This document shows positions 1-9,269 of a DNA stretch of 44,385 nt, one piece after another. Below the pieces are notes generated by a model. It was not told where the DNA came from, did not search any database, and saw nothing but the letters and a program-made list of their open reading frames with translations. Both the position numbers and the translations under genes were made by a program. Every line of letters starts with the position of its first letter. Position 1 is the first letter of the stretch. Source of the stretch: Thermotogota bacterium (lineage in GTDB: Bacteria > Bipolaricaulota > Bipolaricaulia > UBA7950 > UBA9294); the NCBI GenBank assembly GCA_039679545.1, contig JBDKUT010000108.1, positions 1 through 44,385 of the forward strand, written 5' to 3'.

Positions 1-412
1 CGGCCTGGAAGAGAGAGAACGCCTGCACCGCGCCGAGGTAGGTCGGCAGGTCGCAGACCACGACGTCTCCGGGGTCGAAGAACGCCTTGCAGAGGAGGTC
101 CAACCCCTGTTGAGACGCCGACGTCACCAAGAGCTCGTCCAGGGTCACGTCAATCCCCTGCGGCCGCAGCCACTCAATCATTGCCCGACGCAGGGTTCGG
201 CTTCCTTCTGTCGTTCCGTACTGCAGGACGTTTCGGTAATCGTTTCGCAAGAGATCCGCCGCGATGACGGCGAGCTCCTCGTGCGGGAAGCTCTCCGGCG
301 CGGGAAGACCGCCACCAAACGAGATGATGTCCGGTTGTTCGGTCAGCTTGAGAAGCTCTCGGATCGCGGATCGTCTTGCGCCTGCGGCACGACTCGAGAA
401 GTGTTGTTTCAT
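1..412 (-). CDS. PLP-dependent aminotransferase class I/II (LysN/2-aminoadipate transaminase-like), 3' end runs off the window
   Basis: Not in the ORF track. Manual translation MKQHFSSRAAGARRSAIRELLKLTEQPDIISFGGGLPAPESFP...LQYGTTEG...SQQGLDL...PTYLGA; AAGGAG SD upstream of the ATG at 412. Confidence 0.85.
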   Translation of the reverse strand, partial: MKQHFSSRAAGARRSAIRELLKLTEQPDIISFGGGLPAPESFPHEELAVIAADLLRNDYRNVLQYGTTEGSRTLRRAMIEWLRPQGIDVTLDELLVTSASQQGLDLLCKAFFDPGDVVVCDLPTYLGAVQAFSLFQA

Positions 413-452
413 CGAACGCTCCTTGGTCACGCTTTCGGTCCTAGACACTGAG

Positions 453-482
453 ATTCTACGGGACACCCTGAAGCGCTGTCAA
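453..482 (-). promoter_or_regulatory. sigma70-type promoter for the aminotransferase
   Basis: TTGACA (482-477), 18 nt spacer, TAGAAT (458-453). Confidence 0.6.
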
Positions 483-1048
483 AGCAGAACCGAGCGGAGA
501 AGCGGCAGAAGCCCGGCGGCAATGGAGGTCCCGAGCGCGGCGCCGGCCAACACGTCGAAGAGGAAGTGCTCGCGGACGCAAACTCGGGACAGGGCAATTG
601 TTGCAGCCGTAGCGTAGACAAGGCCCTGAACGACGGGGTACGGGTAGCACGACGAGACGATCCAGGCAATCCCGAACGACGTCGTCGCGTGCCCCGACGG
701 GAAGGAGTACGTGTCGATCACCCGCGCCCGCGGGCCGTCGGTGATCAGGTCGGGGCGCTCGCGCGCGCAGAGAAGCTTCAGAAGCCGCAGCACGGCAATG
801 TTGACGACCGTGACGCAGAACGCGAAGAACACGTTCCAGCGGTCGACCCTTTGTCCGAAGAGGAGGAGTCCAAGGGCCAGCGCGCCCCACAGGTACCCGT
901 CACCGAGGTACGTCGCGGCACGGAAGAAGCGCGGAACCCGCTGGAACAGCCGAACGCCGCTGATCGCTTCCATCGCCCGGACGTCCCACGCGTGTGCAAG
1001 GTCGCCCAAGATCTCAAGACGGTCGACGAACCGATTCCAAGTGGTCAC
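479..1048 (-). CDS. PAP2-family membrane phosphatase
   Basis: KxxxxRERP, SFPSGH and SRVxxxEHFxxDV motifs with hydrophobic helices; GTGA overlap with the lysS stop. Confidence 0.9.
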   Translation of the reverse strand: MTTWNRFVDRLEILGDLAHAWDVRAMEAISGVRLFQRVPRFFRAATYLGDGYLWGALALGLLLFGQRVDRWNVFFAFCVTVVNIAVLRLLKLLCARERPDLITDGPRARVIDTYSFPSGHATTSFGIAWIVSSCYPYPVVQGLVYATAATIALSRVCVREHFLFDVLAGAALGTSIAAGLLPLLRSVLL

Positions 1049-2514
1049 GCCTCGTCCTTCCTGCGAAGTGCGGGGAAGAGGATCACGTCACGGATCGACG
1101 CGGAGTCGAGGACGAGCATCGCGAGGCGATCGAGGCCGACGCCAATCCCTCCCGTGGGGGGCATCCCGTGCTCCAGGGCAAACAGGAAGTCCTCGTCGAT
1201 CCGCTGGGCCTCCTCGTCGCCGCTCGCCCGCAGTCGTTCCTGGTCCTCGAAGCGCGCTCGCTGGTCCACCGGGTCGTTCAGCTCGGAGAACGCATTCGCG
1301 ATTTCCATGTTCATCACGAACAGCTCGAACCGCTCGGCAAGGTGCGGCGCATCGACGCGGCGCTTGGCGAGCGGCGAGATCTCGACGGGATAGTCGGTCA
1401 CGAACGTCGGCTGGACGAGCGTCGGCTCGACGAACCGATCGAACAGGTGCTCGATGAGCTGCGAACGCGACAGGTTCGGAAGGCCGATCCCCTTGGCCTT
1501 CGCCGCGGTGATGATCTCCGCCGCCGTGAGTGTCCCGATCTCGAGACCCGAGGTCTCGGCGATCGCATCGAGCATCGCGACGCGGCGCCACGGGGGCGAG
1601 AAGTCAAGCCGCGTCCCCTGATAGTCGGCGACGAGCGATCCCACGGTCGTTCGGAACACGGCGGCGATAAGGGCCTCGACAAGTCGCATCATCCCTTCGT
1701 AGTCGGTATACGCCTGATACAGCTCGAGCATCGTGAACTCGGGGTTGTGCTTGGTCGACACGCCCTCGTTGCGGAAGCACTTGCCGATCTCGAACACGCG
1801 GTCGAGGCCGCCGATGAGGGCTCGCTTCAGGTAGAGCTCCAGCGCAATGCGGAGGTACAGGTCGAGGTCGAGCGCGTTGTGGTGCGTGACGAACGGCCGC
1901 GCCGTGGTGCCGCCCGGAATCGGGTGCAGGGACGGCGTTTCGACCTCGAGGAAGCCGAGCGCGGTGAGTTCGGAGCGCACCGTCGCCATCATCTTCGCGC
2001 GACGTACGAACCGCTCACGGGTCTCGTCGTTCGCGAGGAGGTCGAGCGAGCGGTGGCGGTAGCGGAGCTCGACGTCCTTCAATCCATGCCACTTCTCCGG
2101 CAACGGGCGGATCGCCTTCGCGAGGAACGTCCACGACTCCGCGGCGACCGTGAGCTCACCGCGCTTCGTTCGAAAGACCTCGCCGGCGACGTGGAGGAAG
2201 TCGCCGACGTCGACGTCGCCGAGCCGACCGTAGGTTTCCTCGCCGAGTCGATCGGCGGCGGCGTGGATCTGGATCTTCCCAGACCCGTCCCGAAGATCGA
2301 GGAACGATGCCTTCCCCATCTGGCGGCGGGCCATCAGTCGGCCGGCCACGGCAACCCGTTCGCCAGTGTGTTGCTCTGCGGCGAGCTTCTCGTGGCGTTG
2401 CACAACGTCGCTGATCCGTTCGGAGGCGGGAACTCTCGCCGGGAAGGGATCAACGCCCTCTTTCCTGAGCGCCTCGATCTTCTCGAGACGCGCGTGGACC
2501 AAGGGATCGGACAT
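1045..2514 (-). CDS. lysS: Lysine--tRNA ligase (class II)
   Basis: OB-fold N-terminus, PLPEKWHGL, FRNEG...HNPEFTMLE, GMPPTGGIGVGLDRL. Confidence 0.98.
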   Translation of the reverse strand: MSDPLVHARLEKIEALRKEGVDPFPARVPASERISDVVQRHEKLAAEQHTGERVAVAGRLMARRQMGKASFLDLRDGSGKIQIHAAADRLGEETYGRLGDVDVGDFLHVAGEVFRTKRGELTVAAESWTFLAKAIRPLPEKWHGLKDVELRYRHRSLDLLANDETRERFVRRAKMMATVRSELTALGFLEVETPSLHPIPGGTTARPFVTHHNALDLDLYLRIALELYLKRALIGGLDRVFEIGKCFRNEGVSTKHNPEFTMLELYQAYTDYEGMMRLVEALIAAVFRTTVGSLVADYQGTRLDFSPPWRRVAMLDAIAETSGLEIGTLTAAEIITAAKAKGIGLPNLSRSQLIEHLFDRFVEPTLVQPTFVTDYPVEISPLAKRRVDAPHLAERFELFVMNMEIANAFSELNDPVDQRARFEDQERLRASGDEEAQRIDEDFLFALEHGMPPTGGIGVGLDRLAMLVLDSASIRDVILFPALRRKDEA

Positions 2515-2529
2515 GGTCTCTCCGGCTGC

Positions 2530-3009
2530 CTACTTGTTGATCGCGATGACGCGGAAGCGCGACGTGCCCCAAGGGAACTCGGCCTTCACCTGATCCCCTT
2601 CTCGCTTTCCGAGCAGGAGCCGCCCGACGGGGGACGCAACGGAGATCTTCCCCGTATCGAGGTCGACCTCGGCGGGGCTCACGAGGGTGAACGTGCCGCT
2701 TTCCTTCAGGGTGAGGTCCTGAAGAAGGAAGCTCGATCCGATGCCGATGACGTCCTTCGAAATGGCTTCGTCGGGAAGGACCTCGGCGACCTCAAGAATC
2801 GACTGCAGGCGCCGCACCTCACGCTCGTAGTACTCCTGCTGGCTCTGCAGGTACATGTACTCCTTGTTCTCGCGGAGGTCGCCGCCGTTCAGCTTCGACG
2901 TCTTCAACTTCTCCGGGATCTCCTCGTAGAGGGTCTTCTCGACCTTCTCGAGCTCCTGTCGCATGAGCTCGTACCCTTCCTTCGTGAGGTAGATCGTCTC
3001 TTGATTCAT
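2530..3009 (-). CDS. greA: Transcription elongation factor GreA/GreB
   Basis: YLTKEG, GDLRENKEY, ISVASPVGRLLLGK; usual greA-lysS gene order. Confidence 0.93.
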   Translation of the reverse strand: MNQETIYLTKEGYELMRQELEKVEKTLYEEIPEKLKTSKLNGGDLRENKEYMYLQSQQEYYEREVRRLQSILEVAEVLPDEAISKDVIGIGSSFLLQDLTLKESGTFTLVSPAEVDLDTGKISVASPVGRLLLGKREGDQVKAEFPWGTSRFRVIAINK

Positions 3010-3021
3010 CGGCGTTCCTCC

Positions 3022-3372
3022 CTATCGTCCGATCGCTCGGCTCGCTCCTTCGATCAACAGCTCCGCGATCTCATCCACGGTCGCTTCACGGCAGTCCAGG
3101 CTCGGTCGCACGAGGATGTCCGCGCTCGGCAGCCGCTCCACGTTCGCGCGAAAGGCCTCGCGGATCCTCCGCTTGGCGCGGTTCCTCTCCACCGCCGTCC
3201 CGTACTTGCGCGAGATGACGATTCCAAGGCGAGGGCCTTCGGCCCTCGGAAGGACGTGAAGAGCAAAACACGCCCCGGACCACGTCGCGCCCTTTCGGAA
3301 GACCCGGAGGAAGTCCGTGCGTTTCTTGAGGCGCATCGCGACCGGGAAGCGGCTTCCGCTCCCGTCAAGCAT
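3022..3372 (-). CDS. rnpA: Ribonuclease P protein component
   Basis: RLKKRTDF, RLGIVISRKYGTAVERNRAKRRIRE (RNR motif). Confidence 0.95.
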   Translation of the reverse strand: MLDGSGSRFPVAMRLKKRTDFLRVFRKGATWSGACFALHVLPRAEGPRLGIVISRKYGTAVERNRAKRRIREAFRANVERLPSADILVRPSLDCREATVDEIAELLIEGASRAIGR

Positions 3373-3378
3373 GCCGGT

Positions 3379-3407
3379 ACTATAGTGTCAAGCCCGCTGG
3401 CTTTCAA
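3379..3407 (-). promoter_or_regulatory. sigma70-type promoter, probably leaderless rnpA transcript
   Basis: TTGAAA-17 nt-TATAGT ending 6 nt before the ATG; no SD. Confidence 0.6.
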
Positions 3408-3473
3408 GGTTAGCGACATCGTCGCTGAGGCCGGACACCAACACTCCGGCCCGGTACACTCTCGACGATTCGT

Positions 3474-4688
3474 ATGGCCGAAGAGTACGTCTACACCGTA
3501 TCGGAGCTGAACAGGACCGCCCGGGAGATCGTCGAGGGCGGCCTGGGAGGCGTCTGGGTAAAGGGAGAGGTCTCCGAGATCTCGCACGCCAGCTCGGGCC
3601 ACATGTACTTCACCCTGAAGGATCCGAGCGCCGAAGTGAGCGCCGTACGCTTCCGGGGCCGGTCGCCGATCCTCTCCGCCATCGAACCCGGTACCACGGT
3701 CCTCGCGTTCGGCAAGGTTACGATCTACGAGCCGCGAGGCCGGTACCAGTTTGTCGCCACCCTCGTTCAGCCTGTCGGCGCCGGCATCCTTCAGGCGGCA
3801 TTCGAGCGGCTCAAGCAGAAGCTCCAGGCCGAGGGGTTGTTCGACCCGGAGCACAAGAAGCCGATTCCCGCCTACCCGACGCGGATTGGTGTCGTAACGT
3901 CGCCGACCGGAGCGGCTCTCCACGACATCGTCTCGGTGTTGTCACGGCGGTGGCCAATATCCGAGGTTCTCCTCTTCCCGTCCTCCGTGCAGGGAGATGC
4001 GGCGGCCGAGGAGCTCGTCGCCGCCCTCGATCGCGCCATCCAGTTCTCGCAGACCAGCCAGCCGCTCGACCTCATTCTGATCGGACGAGGGGGAGGGGCC
4101 GCCGAGGACCTCGCGCCGTTCAACGACGAGCGCCTGGCCCGCGCCGTGTATGCGTCTCCGATCCCTGTCGTATCGGCGGTGGGCCACGAGATCGACTTCA
4201 CCATGGCGGACTTTGTCGCCGACCTCCGAGCGGCGACGCCGACGGCGGCGGCCGAGCTCGTGACCCCCGACGCTTCCGACGTCGCAGGACAAGCAGCACG
4301 ATGCGTCGACCGCGCAACCCGCGCGCTGTACGATCGCTTGGCGGAGTGCGAGTTGCGGCTCCAAGCCGGCCTCCGTCGCCCGCTGTTCCGGACTCCAAGC
4401 CGCCTCCTCGAGACGGCCGAGCAGCGACTCGATCTGCAGGTGGTAGCCCTGGGTCGCGCCCCCAGGCGAACGCTTGCACGGCCGCACGAGCGGCTGGCTC
4501 GGCTGGATGCGGTCCTTCGGCTGTCGAGCCCCACGCGGCCCCTCGAGCGCGGGTTCTCCATCACGTACGCCGACGGGACGTCGCGCCCGCTCCGAGATGC
4601 CCGTTCGGTTACCCCCGGAACGCACATCACGACCCGGCTTGCCAAGGGTCGACTCACGTCGTCGGTCGAGGAGGTGGACGAGGAGTGA
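3474..4688 (+). CDS. xseA: Exodeoxyribonuclease VII large subunit
   Basis: TVSELN, VWVKGEVS, SGHMYFTLKD, GRGGG, SAVGHEIDFT, TPTAAAE. Confidence 0.97.
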   Translation: MAEEYVYTVSELNRTAREIVEGGLGGVWVKGEVSEISHASSGHMYFTLKDPSAEVSAVRFRGRSPILSAIEPGTTVLAFGKVTIYEPRGRYQFVATLVQPVGAGILQAAFERLKQKLQAEGLFDPEHKKPIPAYPTRIGVVTSPTGAALHDIVSVLSRRWPISEVLLFPSSVQGDAAAEELVAALDRAIQFSQTSQPLDLILIGRGGGAAEDLAPFNDERLARAVYASPIPVVSAVGHEIDFTMADFVADLRAATPTAAAELVTPDASDVAGQAARCVDRATRALYDRLAECELRLQAGLRRPLFRTPSRLLETAEQRLDLQVVALGRAPRRTLARPHERLARLDAVLRLSSPTRPLERGFSITYADGTSRPLRDARSVTPGTHITTRLAKGRLTSSVEEVDEE

Positions 4689-4900
4689 AGATCGAAGAAA
4701 CGCTGGAGAAACTCGAGGAGATTACCTCCGCGCTTGAACGCGAGGACATCCCGCTCGACGAAGCGATCGCCCTGTTCGAGCAGGGGCTCACCCTAGCGGC
4801 GTCCGCGAAGACGGCGCTCGACGAGGCGCGCCTCAAGGTCTCGAAAGTTGTTGAGAAGGCAAAAGGTGTGCTCGACCTCGAGCCTTTTGACGTTTCGTAG
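4685..4900 (+). CDS. xseB: Exodeoxyribonuclease VII small subunit
   Basis: GTG start overlapping the xseA stop; KIEETLEKLEEITSALEREDIPLDEAIALFEQG. Confidence 0.93.
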   Translation: MKIEETLEKLEEITSALEREDIPLDEAIALFEQGLTLAASAKTALDEARLKVSKVVEKAKGVLDLEPFDVS

Positions 4901-4914
4901 CGCTCTCCTATAAT
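4887..4914 (+). promoter_or_regulatory. sigma70-type promoter, probably leaderless trxB transcript
   Basis: TTGACG-16 nt-TATAAT ending 7 nt before the ATG; no SD. Confidence 0.6.
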
Positions 4915-4921
4915 CGCAGCC

Positions 4922-5869
4922 ATGACCGAGACGGTGGCTCGCCACGACGTGGTCATTGTGGGCGCCGGCCCGGCGGGGATGACGGCGGCGGTGTACGCGG
5001 GGCGCGCCCTCCGCTCGACGCTCGTCATCGAGAAGGGAATCCCGGGCGGACAACTCAACGAAACCGATCGCATCGAGAATTGGCCGGGCTTCGCAGAGCC
5101 GGTTTCGGCGCCGGACCTCATGGCGACGCTCCGAAGCCAGGCCGAGCGCCTCGGCGCGGAGTTCGTTCAGGATGAAGTGCTCCGGGTTGAACCCGGTCGA
5201 CGGATCCATCGCGTCGTGGCTTCGTGTCGCACAGTCGAAGCGAGGGCCGTCATTCTGGCTCCGGGGGCGCGGCCGCGTGAGCTTCCCGCCGAGGGGGCCG
5301 CGCGTCTCAAGGGAAGAGGCGTGTCCTACTGCGCGACGTGCGACGGGTTCTTCTTCCAGGGCAAGCGGGTCGTTGTGGTCGGAGCGGGAGACTCCGGACT
5401 GATGGAGGCGCTCTTTCTGACGCGTTTTGCAGACTCGGTTTCGATTGTCGTTCGTCACCCGAAGGAGGATCCGCGGGCGATCCGAGCCTCGAGGGTGCTG
5501 CGGCAGCGAGCCGAATCGCACCCGAAGATCCGCTTCCTGTGGAACCGGGAGGTCGCGGAGGTGGTGGGCGACCGAGGCGTAACCTCGATTCGACTTCGGC
5601 GCCTCGACGACCGAGGCGTCGAAGACGTCCCCGTCGACGGGATCTTCGTCAGCGTGGGGCACCTGCCGGAGACGGAGTTCCTTCGCGGCAGCGTTCCCCT
5701 CGATTCGGACGGGTACATCGCCACCGATTCCCGCCTGCGCACATCGATCCCGGGGATCTTCGCTGCGGGGGATGCACGAAGGGATGCCCACCGTTATGCC
5801 CAGGCCGTCATCGCGGCCGGGGAGGGCGCGACGGCGTCCCTCGAAGCCGAGCAGTACCTCGCCGAGTAG
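4922..5869 (+). CDS. trxB: Thioredoxin-disulfide reductase
   Basis: GAGPAG FAD motif, GVSYCATCDG active site, GAGDSG, TSIPGIFAAGD. Confidence 0.95.
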   Translation: MTETVARHDVVIVGAGPAGMTAAVYAGRALRSTLVIEKGIPGGQLNETDRIENWPGFAEPVSAPDLMATLRSQAERLGAEFVQDEVLRVEPGRRIHRVVASCRTVEARAVILAPGARPRELPAEGAARLKGRGVSYCATCDGFFFQGKRVVVVGAGDSGLMEALFLTRFADSVSIVVRHPKEDPRAIRASRVLRQRAESHPKIRFLWNREVAEVVGDRGVTSIRLRRLDDRGVEDVPVDGIFVSVGHLPETEFLRGSVPLDSDGYIATDSRLRTSIPGIFAAGDARRDAHRYAQAVIAAGEGATASLEAEQYLAE

Positions 5870-5925
5870 TTCGGTCGGGCGCCGAGGCGTAGAGAGCCCA
5901 ACAGCAGCAAGGGAGGATGAGGCCG

Positions 5926-7557
5926 ATGTACCCAGCGGTGTCGAAGCTGTTCGAGGAGGCGGTGGAGGCCCACAAGGATCGGATCGCTCTGTGCATGCCG
6001 ATCCCCAAGGAGAGAAAAAGTGGACGAGGCGTTCAACTCGTCCTGAACGAGATTTCCTACAGCCGCCTGGGGGAGATGGTCGGCCGACTGGCTCGCGCCC
6101 TGTCCGAGTTGGGCGTCGTTGCGGGCGATCGAGTTGCCTTGATCTCCAAGCCCCGCGCGGCGTGGGCGACGAGCTTCTTCGCGATTCTCCACAGCGGGGC
6201 GACCGTCGTTCCGCTGGATCCCGAGTTGCAGAAGGGCGAAATCGAGCGAATCCTCGCCGAGGCGGGGGTCAAAGGCATTCTCTGCTCCGGCAGCAAGATC
6301 GACGACATCGCGGAACTCCAGCATGGCATCCTCAAGGGAACGTTCGTCATCTCCATGGATCGCACGAAGTACGACGACGTTCTTTTTCTTGACGCTCTCC
6401 TGCTCGGGAAGACCCCCCTGCCACGCGTGGACGTCGACTCGTCCAGCCTGGCGATCCTCATGTACACGTCCGGGACGACGGGAAACGCGAAAGGCGCGAT
6501 GCTGACGCACGCCAACATCTCCGCGAACGCGCTCGCCGCCCTGAAGGTCGTCGATCTCGGCCCGACCGACCGGTTCCTCTCCATCGTGCCGTGGAATCAC
6601 ATCTACGGCCTCACGATCACCCTCGTCACGCCGCTCTTTGCCGGGGCGACCACCACGTACACCCCCGTCGACCGAAACCTCGCCGAAGTCATGAAGAAGG
6701 CCCGCCCGACGATCATCCTCGGGGTACCGAAACTGTACAACGTGCTGTACGGCCGGGTGCGCGAGTCGATCGAGAAGAGCGCCCTCAAGCGACTGATCGA
6801 CCGCTCATCTCCAGCTCTCATGGGGACGCTGGTTCGAAACAAGCTGTTCGGCAAGCAGTTCCGGTTTTTCACCTCGGGCGGTGCCCCTCTCAACCCCACG
6901 GCGGCGGCCGGCTTCCGCCGCATGGGCCTCGGCACCATGGAGGGGTACGGCCTCACCGAAACCTCTCCGCTTCTCTCGATGGCTGAGGCGTTCCCTCCAG
7001 AGCCGGGCATGGTAGCCATCGAGGGAGTGGAGCTGCGCATCGACCGTCCCGACGAAAACGGCGTGGGGGAGATCCTCGCTCGTGGGCCGAACATCATGAA
7101 GGGGTACTACAAGAACCCCGAAGCCACCGCGGAGGTGCTCGAGCCGAATGGGTGGTTCCACACGGGAGACCTCGGGACATACGAGCACGGTCGCCTCTTG
7201 ATCTGCGGCCGGGCGAAGAACGTGATCGTTCTTGAGACGGGGAAGAACGTCTACCCGGAGGAGATCGAGTGGGAGTTCGCGACCATCCCCGCGATCGAGG
7301 AGATCATGGTCCACGAGGGCGAGCGACAAGGAGCTCCCGCCGTCTGCGCCAAGATCTACCCGAACTGGACGTACCTGAAAGCCCACGGCATCAGTACTCC
7401 AGACGCCGCCATTGAGCATCTCTGGGACGCGATTCGCGAGAAGAGTGAGAACCTCGCGATGTTTAAGCGCATCAAGTACAAGGAGTGCATCTCGCTCGTC
7501 GCCGAACCCTTCCAAAAGAGCGCCAAGCTCGATATCAAGCGCCACTTGCACCAGTAG
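5926..7557 (+). CDS. AMP-binding long-chain acyl-CoA synthetase-like protein
   Basis: YTSGTTGNAKG, EGYGLTE, HTGDLG, GRAKNVIV...GKNVYPEEIE; start chosen from GGAGG spacing (5917 is the alternative). Confidence 0.88.
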   Translation: MYPAVSKLFEEAVEAHKDRIALCMPIPKERKSGRGVQLVLNEISYSRLGEMVGRLARALSELGVVAGDRVALISKPRAAWATSFFAILHSGATVVPLDPELQKGEIERILAEAGVKGILCSGSKIDDIAELQHGILKGTFVISMDRTKYDDVLFLDALLLGKTPLPRVDVDSSSLAILMYTSGTTGNAKGAMLTHANISANALAALKVVDLGPTDRFLSIVPWNHIYGLTITLVTPLFAGATTTYTPVDRNLAEVMKKARPTIILGVPKLYNVLYGRVRESIEKSALKRLIDRSSPALMGTLVRNKLFGKQFRFFTSGGAPLNPTAAAGFRRMGLGTMEGYGLTETSPLLSMAEAFPPEPGMVAIEGVELRIDRPDENGVGEILARGPNIMKGYYKNPEATAEVLEPNGWFHTGDLGTYEHGRLLICGRAKNVIVLETGKNVYPEEIEWEFATIPAIEEIMVHEGERQGAPAVCAKIYPNWTYLKAHGISTPDAAIEHLWDAIREKSENLAMFKRIKYKECISLVAEPFQKSAKLDIKRHLHQ

Positions 7558-7584
7558 AGGGGCCCAACGCGAGGAATTGCAGGC

Positions 7585-7610
7585 AGCCCCTCGCTCTCGG
7601 AGGGGCTCTT
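7585..7610 (+). terminator. Hairpin / possible intrinsic terminator
   Basis: AGCCCCTC-7 nt loop-GAGGGGCT followed by CTT (weak U-tract). Confidence 0.45.
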
Positions 7611-7637
7611 GCCTGTCGTCCTGCAATAGACTATAAT
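7609..7637 (+). promoter_or_regulatory. sigma70-type promoter for the RHH gene
   Basis: TTGCCT-17 nt-TATAAT. Confidence 0.6.
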
Positions 7638-7658
7638 AGGTTGCGAGGGGTGACGGCG

Positions 7659-7829
7659 ATGGTTAAGCGAGACAACGCGATCTCCATCTATATCCCGAAA
7701 TCGAAAGCGGGGCAAAAACTGATGGATCGGCTCTCCAAGCTGGGGCGCAAACGGGACCGATCGGTGAACTACCTCATCGTGGAAGCGATCCTCCAGTACA
7801 TCGACAACCAGGAGAAGAAGAATCCCTAG
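7659..7829 (+). CDS. Small ribbon-helix-helix (CopG/Arc-like) DNA-binding protein
   Basis: 56 aa MVKRDNAISIYIPKSK...LMDRLSKLGRKRDRSVNYLIVEAILQYI; beta strand then two helices with the RS-x-N turn; own promoter and GAGGGG SD. Confidence 0.75.
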   Translation: MVKRDNAISIYIPKSKAGQKLMDRLSKLGRKRDRSVNYLIVEAILQYIDNQEKKNP

Positions 7830-9187
7830 GACGCCCGGTGCGGCGGTGCCGTACCTTCGGAGGACGGAGACGGGGCGCCTTGTGTCAACGCGCGCAGCCG
7901 CTCAAGGCGTTCTTTCAAGCCGCGCTCGGCTCCCCGGTCGGTAGGACTGTAGTACCGCCGATCGGCCAGAGAGGCCGGGAGACACGACATAGGGGCCACG
8001 CCGTCCGCGAAATCGTGCGCGTAGAGGTACCCGTTCGAATACCCCAGGCCTTGCATCAGCGCTGTCGGGGCATTTCGCAGGTGAAGCGGGACCTCCTCGA
8101 CCGGGCGGTCCGTCACGTCGGCGCGGGCTGCCCCCAGGCCCACGTAGAGTGCGTTGCTCTTCGGCGCACACGCGAGGTACACAGCGGCCTGGGCAATCGC
8201 AAGTTCGCACTCCGGCAACCCCATCACCTCGACGGCCTTCCACGCGGCCACTGCCTGTTCGAGGCCTTGCGGATCGGCGAGGCCGACATCTTCTGACGCG
8301 GCGCGTAGGAGACGTCGGACGATGAAGCGTGGGTCCTCGCCTCCCTCCAGCATGCGCGCCAACCAGTAGAGGGCGGCGTCGGGATCTGAGTTGCGAATCG
8401 ACTTGTGGAGGGCAGAGATCAAGTTGTAGTGCTCGTCCCCGGCGCGATCGTAGCGGAACCCTTTGTGCTGCACGGCGCGCGACACCGTAGCCTCGTCGAT
8501 CGTCTCCCCGTCGGCGATCGACGCCGCAAGGTCGAGGGCCGTCAGGGCGCGGCGTGCGTCCCCGTCCGCCACGGCAAGCAGGAGCTGCCGCGCCGGCTCG
8601 TCAAGCCGGAACGCGCCGGCAAACCCTCGCTCATCGGCGAGCGCCCGGTCGACCAAGCGCGCGAGGTCGGCGTCCTCGAGCGGCTCGAAGGGGAAAAGCT
8701 GGCTGCGCGACAGCAGGGCCGAGGTGAGGGCGAACGAAGGATTCTCGGTCGTCGCCCCGACAAACATGACGCTTCCCTCCTCGATGTAGGAGAGGAGCAC
8801 GTCCTGCTGCGCCCGGTTGAAACGATGGATCTCGTCGAGGAAGAGGAGGTCACGTTTGCGCTCGGCCCGCCACCGGAACTGCGAGGCCTCAAGCACACCG
8901 CGCACTTCCTTCACGCCGGCGAGTGCGGCGGAGAGATGGACGAAGCGCGCTCCTGTGCGTTCGGCGAGGATGCGTCCCACCGTCGTCTTGCCGGTTCCCG
9001 GCGGTCCCCAAAAGAGGAACGACCGGCACATGCCTTTCTCGATCGCTGCTCGGAGAGGACCGTCCTTGCCGAGGAGGCGCTTTTGTCCGACCACTTCGTC
9101 GAGCGCCCGCGGCCGCATCCGATCCGCGAGAGGACTGTCCCCCCGCGGCTCATCCAACACCGCCTCCCACTCGAACAGACCGGCCAT
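7826..9187 (-). CDS. rarA: Replication-associated recombination protein A (RarA/MgsA AAA+)
   Basis: PLADRMRP, WGPPGTGKTT, DEIHRFN, GATTENPSF, ISALHKSIRNSD, ASEDVGLAD, VPLHLRNAPT; start moved to ATG 9187. Confidence 0.95.
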   Translation of the reverse strand: MAGLFEWEAVLDEPRGDSPLADRMRPRALDEVVGQKRLLGKDGPLRAAIEKGMCRSFLFWGPPGTGKTTVGRILAERTGARFVHLSAALAGVKEVRGVLEASQFRWRAERKRDLLFLDEIHRFNRAQQDVLLSYIEEGSVMFVGATTENPSFALTSALLSRSQLFPFEPLEDADLARLVDRALADERGFAGAFRLDEPARQLLLAVADGDARRALTALDLAASIADGETIDEATVSRAVQHKGFRYDRAGDEHYNLISALHKSIRNSDPDAALYWLARMLEGGEDPRFIVRRLLRAASEDVGLADPQGLEQAVAAWKAVEVMGLPECELAIAQAAVYLACAPKSNALYVGLGAARADVTDRPVEEVPLHLRNAPTALMQGLGYSNGYLYAHDFADGVAPMSCLPASLADRRYYSPTDRGAERGLKERLERLRALTQGAPSPSSEGTAPPHRAS

Positions 9188-9269
9188 GCGATGATCGTAG
9201 TCGAGCGGCGGGGGTTCTCCAACAGCGAACGACGGGATCTGCGCACCGGCCGCAGGCCGTGGGCGCCCG

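Noticed and set aside
994..3510. 838-aa plus-strand ORF and similar long antisense ORFs (25725-27191, 27271-29079, 34941-36308, 35948-37957)
   Set aside because: Shadow frames of well-supported genes in GC-rich DNA; no recognisable motifs
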